From Steroidobacteraceae bacterium (GTDB taxonomy: Bacteria > Pseudomonadota > Gammaproteobacteria > Steroidobacterales > Steroidobacteraceae), in assembly GCA_035995425.1 (NCBI GenBank), contig DASYKM010000173.1, positions 101,875 to 165,874 of the forward strand: a DNA stretch of 64,000 bases, given 5' to 3'. Positions within the stretch are counted from its first letter, which is position 1; every line of letters begins with the position of its first letter. The position numbers were made by a program, and so were the translations under genes. Positions 60,326 to 64,000 of this stretch are shown piece by piece. Below the pieces are notes generated by a model that saw only the letters and a program-made list of their open reading frames with translations, ran no database searches and had not been told where the DNA came from.

Positions 60326-60862
60326 ATGAAAGCGCAGCGACGTATTTGGATTTGTCTCCTGGCGTGCGGGCTGGCGCTGGGCATTCAGCCCGTGCAGGCC
60401 GCCGAGCGGGACTTCGACTTCCATGTCGGCACGTGGAAAACCCATCTGTCGCGCCTTCAGCATCCGTTGACTGGATCCAAGAGCTGGGTCGACTACGATG
60501 GAACGACGCGGGTCCGGAAGGTCTGGAACGGCAACGCCAACCTCGTGGAGCTCACGGCCGACGGACCCGCGGGTCACATCGAAGCGTTGAGCCTGCGCTT
60601 GTACAACCCCGAAGCGAGGCAGTGGAGCCTCAATTTTTCGAACATCAAGAGCGGCACGCTGAGTCCGCCCACCATCGGTGAATTCAAGAACGGGCGGGGC
60701 GAGTTCTTCTCAGCGGAAACATTGAATGGCCGGGCCATTCTCGTTCGCTTCGTGATCTTCGACATCACGGCGAATTCGGTCCGGTTCGAGCAATCGTTCT
60801 CGGACGATGGCGGCAAGACCTGGGAGCTGAACTGGGTCGCCGTCGATACCAGGGTGAACTGA
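60326..60862 (+). CDS. secreted hypothetical protein
   Basis: Signal peptide MKAQRRIWICLLACGLALGIQPVQA. No family motif recognised. Confidence 0.5.
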   Translation: MKAQRRIWICLLACGLALGIQPVQAAERDFDFHVGTWKTHLSRLQHPLTGSKSWVDYDGTTRVRKVWNGNANLVELTADGPAGHIEALSLRLYNPEARQWSLNFSNIKSGTLSPPTIGEFKNGRGEFFSAETLNGRAILVRFVIFDITANSVRFEQSFSDDGGKTWELNWVAVDTRVN

Positions 60863-60889
60863 CTCACCGCTGAGTGTACGCTGCCCGGC

Positions 60890-61429
60890 GTGTCTCCCAA
60901 GTATTCGGTTTCGATCGCGAGCGTCCGCGACGCGCGCGCACTGGTGGCGCTGCGCACCTCCGTCGCGCACGACATGACGCAACGGTTTGGCGCGGGCGAC
61001 TGGTCCGCAACCCCGGATGAGACCGATGTCGTAGGGCAGGTGAGCGCGTCGCGCGTGTTAGTGGCGCGCGGCGATGCCGGGATCATCGGCACGGTTCGCC
61101 TGGCGAAGGCCTTGCCCTGGGCCATCGACTCGAGCTCATTCACTCCCGTCGCGACCGCGCTCTATGTTCTGGGTCTGGCCGTTGCGCCGGATGCGCGGGG
61201 GCAGGGAGTCGGGCGGCTGCTCATGGACGCGGCGAAAGAGACCGCCCGTTCGGATGCCGCGGATGCGCTGTGGCTGGATGCGTTCGATCACGTCGCCGGG
61301 GCGGGGCCGTTCTATATAAAGAGTGGCTTTCGCGCCGTCGGGCGCACCAAGCACAAAGAAGTGACCCTGATCTATTACGAGTGGCTTCGTAGCGTCGTTG
61401 CGCGCTCTATTACAGATGTCATAGGATAA
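60890..61429 (+). CDS. GNAT-family N-acetyltransferase
   Basis: GTG start. 'LYVLGLAVAPDARGQGVGRLLMDAAKETAR....FYIKSGFRAVG'. Confidence 0.7.
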   Translation: MSPKYSVSIASVRDARALVALRTSVAHDMTQRFGAGDWSATPDETDVVGQVSASRVLVARGDAGIIGTVRLAKALPWAIDSSSFTPVATALYVLGLAVAPDARGQGVGRLLMDAAKETARSDAADALWLDAFDHVAGAGPFYIKSGFRAVGRTKHKEVTLIYYEWLRSVVARSITDVIG

Positions 61430-61468
61430 GCCACAGTTGTAGTCCGGATACCGGGGAGTGCATGCGGA

Positions 61469-62620
61469 ATGCTCAAGTGGTTCCCGCTCTTGTGGGCAAA
61501 TCTGACGCGCAAGAGACTCCGGACCGCATTGACGATCATCTTGGTGGTCGCGACATTCACGCTCTTCGGTTTGCTCGAGTCATTTCGACACGCCGTAACT
61601 ACCTATGCCGACGACTTCTCCAATGCGCTCGTAGTGCAAAGTCGAAATGTTCCCTTGCCTTACGCTCACGTGCAGAGGGTGCAGGCCATCGAGGGGATCA
61701 AGAGCGCCTGTGGCGTCATGCTCGTCTTCGGGCAGGTGGCAGCGCAACGGCCTGCCATGGTTCAAGCCGTATCGACTGCAGAACTCTTCGCTGTCTATCC
61801 CGGCATCAAACTCGACGACGCAGCGCGCCAGCGCTGGCATCGGGAGCGCACCGCGGCCCTGGTCGATCAGAAGGTAGCTGCCGCGAACGGTTGGAAAGTC
61901 GGTGACCGCGTCATGCTAGCGGGTTCGGCAGATGGCGTCGTTTTCCAGCGTCCGGACGGTCGTAACTCGCTGGAGATGGTCATCGCCGGCATCTATTCGA
62001 CTGCTAACAACCTCGCGGCGAAAGGCATCTTCGCCAGGTATGACTATGTCAGGGACGTGGTTGGGTCCGACCGGGCCGGCCTCGAGTACATCACCGTGCG
62101 CATTCGCGATGACCAGGATGTGGATGCCATGCGGAGCATCATCGATGCGAAGTTCCAGAACTCCGCCGCTCCGACCAAGACGTATTCCTTCCGCGCTCTG
62201 CTGCGTGCCTACTACGGAACGTTCAGAGACTTGTCAGCGCTGTCTTCCATCGTGCTCTCGATCACTTTCGTGACGCTGCTGCTCGTCGCAGGCAGCGTGC
62301 TCGCCCTGGCTCAGCAAGAGCGCATCCGCGAGGTGGCGGTGCTGGAGGTGCTCGGCTTTGCGCGACTGCGATTGCTTGGGCTCCTGGCGATGGAGGTACT
62401 CGCGCTAACAGGGCCTGCGGCGTTCGCGGGTCTGATCCTTGCCGGACTTCTGGGCAATCAGATCGATGTCGGTGTTGCGGTTGCGTCGAACGGCGTACTT
62501 CCGCAACACACGTTTGCCGCCGCATTGAGTTTGCTGGTCGTGTTGGCGGTGGCGGTTTTCATTGTCCCGGCGGTGCGCATGATCCGTACTCCGCTCGCGC
62601 TCAATCTGCGTGGCGAGTAG
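61469..62620 (+). CDS. ABC transporter permease, FtsX/MacB-type
   Basis: N-terminal TM 'LRTALTIILVVATFTLFG', large periplasmic domain, C-terminal FtsX helices 'REVAVLEVLGFARLRLLGLL'. Confidence 0.75.
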   Translation: MLKWFPLLWANLTRKRLRTALTIILVVATFTLFGLLESFRHAVTTYADDFSNALVVQSRNVPLPYAHVQRVQAIEGIKSACGVMLVFGQVAAQRPAMVQAVSTAELFAVYPGIKLDDAARQRWHRERTAALVDQKVAAANGWKVGDRVMLAGSADGVVFQRPDGRNSLEMVIAGIYSTANNLAAKGIFARYDYVRDVVGSDRAGLEYITVRIRDDQDVDAMRSIIDAKFQNSAAPTKTYSFRALLRAYYGTFRDLSALSSIVLSITFVTLLLVAGSVLALAQQERIREVAVLEVLGFARLRLLGLLAMEVLALTGPAAFAGLILAGLLGNQIDVGVAVASNGVLPQHTFAAALSLLVVLAVAVFIVPAVRMIRTPLALNLRGE

Positions 62621-62627
62621 CCGCATC

Positions 62628-63821
62628 ATGGCAACGTCTGTCTCGCAATTCTGCTCGCTGCTCGGCGTGTACCTGCGGGACTGGCCTGGTCGAATCGGCA
62701 CGCTGATGGTTGGAGTCGCCGGCGCGGCGGGTACCACATTCATATTTGTATCGGTGCTGGCCATCGCGAATGGTGTCGAGGATGCGGCCGAGCGCGCCGG
62801 TGACAATGATGTGGTGCTCGTCGTTCAGCGTGCCGCCGAAGTTGAAATGGCCAGCAGTCTTTCTGATGCTGATCTCGACGCGATAACCGCGCGGATGAAC
62901 GATGACGCTTTAAGCGCTATTGCCCGTACCAGCTTCGCGTCCGCGGAACTGGTCAAGATGGTGGATACGATCTCGCAAGGCGGTGAGTATGGGGCCCAAG
63001 TGCTTGCGCGCGGCGTCAGTGCTTCGGGGCTGGAAATGCGGAGGCATTTTCGAATCGTAACGGGTCGCGCCTTCACGCCGGGAAAGCTGGAAGTGATCGT
63101 TGGCAGACAGCTGGCGCGCGAAATTACCGGGTTGGGTATCGGGCAGACTGTCACCGGGACGGCGCAGGAGTGGAATATCGTCGGCGTCTTCGAAGACAAC
63201 GGAGGCCTCGGAGAATCCGAGGTATGGATGGATCTCGACACCGCGCGCATGGAATCCGGTGAGCGCAGCAACGTCAGCTCAGTGAGAGTCCGCATCGCGT
63301 CGGCGACAGACTTGTCGAAGATCCGTGCGCTAATCGAAGCGGATCCGCGGCATCAACTGCGGGTTTTCACGGAGCGCGAGTATCAGGCGCATCAATCGGA
63401 AGCACTGCTTCGGCGGGTGCGACTGCTCGCGGTGGTGCTGGCGCTATTACTAGGCATAGGCGCTGTGATCGCGACAATGAATGCGATGAACAGCGTGATT
63501 GCCAAGCGGCAACAGTCAGTGGCGACGCTGCGGGCTTTGGGTTTCGGTGCGGCTCCTGCCGCGGCTGCCGTGTTCGTAGAGGCGGCGTTATTAGGGCTGG
63601 TAGGTGGAGTGATTGGCGCCGCGCTTAGCGTCGCGCTGGCCGACGGGTTTGGATTGTCCTTGCTGAATGCGAACACTCATGCACCCATCGCGCTCGATGC
63701 CCATGTGACATTCAAGAGTGCGCTTCAGGGCGTGACGGCCGGCGCACTACTCGGAATATTGGCGGCGGTGCTTCCGAGCGTCACCGTTGCTCGGACGCCA
63801 ATCCTCTACGGATTACGATAG
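62628..63821 (+). CDS. ABC transporter permease, FtsX/MacB-type (second copy)
   Basis: ATG at 62628 lies just after the upstream stop; the track GTG at 62610 would overlap. 'QSVATLRALGFGAAPAAAAVFVEAALLGLVGG'. Confidence 0.75.
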   Translation: MATSVSQFCSLLGVYLRDWPGRIGTLMVGVAGAAGTTFIFVSVLAIANGVEDAAERAGDNDVVLVVQRAAEVEMASSLSDADLDAITARMNDDALSAIARTSFASAELVKMVDTISQGGEYGAQVLARGVSASGLEMRRHFRIVTGRAFTPGKLEVIVGRQLAREITGLGIGQTVTGTAQEWNIVGVFEDNGGLGESEVWMDLDTARMESGERSNVSSVRVRIASATDLSKIRALIEADPRHQLRVFTEREYQAHQSEALLRRVRLLAVVLALLLGIGAVIATMNAMNSVIAKRQQSVATLRALGFGAAPAAAAVFVEAALLGLVGGVIGAALSVALADGFGLSLLNANTHAPIALDAHVTFKSALQGVTAGALLGILAAVLPSVTVARTPILYGLR

Positions 63822-64000
63822 TTCGAATCAGTTGCTGCCACTGCCCGGAAGGCGCCGCCGAGATGCATGGCGAATGGCTTGCCGGCATCGATCCTCACCT
63901 CGGTCACGCGCGGGCTCTTGCGCCAGTTTGAATAGTCGAGCTCGAGCGGGATGTCGAGGAACGCAGGCTTGGGACACCTCGCGAAGCCGCACTCGCGTTT
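63806..64000 (-). CDS. possible 3' end of a CDS running off the window
   Basis: Hand translation of the minus strand from 64000: KRECGFARCPKPAFLDIPLELDYSNWRKSPRVTEVRIDAGKPFAMHLGGAFRAVAATDSNYRNP*. Open to the window edge and protein-like, but not in the track and with no family recognised. Confidence 0.3.
   Translation of the reverse strand, partial: KRECGFARCPKPAFLDIPLELDYSNWRKSPRVTEVRIDAGKPFAMHLGGAFRAVAATDSNYRNP

Noticed and set aside
1-64000. A scan by eye for CRISPR arrays, tRNA/rRNA genes, IS elements, integrases, phage structural genes and toxin-antitoxin pairs.
   Set aside because: None were recognised. There is no regularly spaced repeat array, no cloverleaf-like conserved tRNA segments noticed in the intergenic regions, and no DDE or tyrosine-recombinase motifs in any ORF. 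A tRNAscan, Infernal or ISfinder run is still needed to exclude small RNAs and degraded elements.

Overview
GC-rich, proteobacterium-like chromosomal segment. Hand counts on a few 60-nt lines give about 63-70% G+C. I call about 55 protein-coding genes and recognised no rRNA, tRNA, CRISPR array, IS element, transposase or integrase. All calls come from reading the ORF translations and DNA by eye against remembered family motifs; no search was run. Many long ORFs in the track are antisense or out-of-frame shadows typical of high-GC DNA, and several real genes start well inside the listed ORF. Four things stand out. (1) A co-directional cluster at 12.28-29.22 kb, with four consecutive start/stop overlaps. 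It encodes a stand-alone HPPD/HmaS-like catalytic barrel, a trimodular NRPS [A(MT)-T | dock-C-A-T | dock-C-A-T-C(terminal)], a SyrD/PvdE-type exporter wedged between the NRPS genes, a full-length eukaryote-type chitin synthase homologue (EDR, QRRRW and SWGTKG motifs), a GNAT and a JmjC/cupin oxygenase. No thioesterase is present. Module 2 has a non-canonical C-domain His motif and an A domain lacking Asp235. This is my best candidate for a new system, possibly a peptide-chitooligosaccharide conjugate pathway. (2) A low-GC island of about 5.7 kb (37.43-43.13 kb) carries two tandem STAND/Orc-like P-loop NTPases, the second with a wHTH and a long TPR array. It also carries a separately terminated DUF3892-like gene and has no recognisable effector or integrase. 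This is a candidate conflict or defence module. (3) An ORF missing from the track (57847-58011, minus strand) encodes a 54-aa peptide with 12 Cys, metallothionein-like, with a strong RBS. It is translationally coupled to an exported DJ-1/PfpI paralogue downstream of MocR and AraC regulators. (4) An ECF41-type sigma factor plus carboxymuconolactone-decarboxylase pair is preceded by two exact TGTCACA-N16-CGTC promoter motifs. The rest is ordinary accessory metabolism: GH1, GH2, a TonB-dependent receptor, hydrolases, GNATs, AraC regulators and FtsX permeases.
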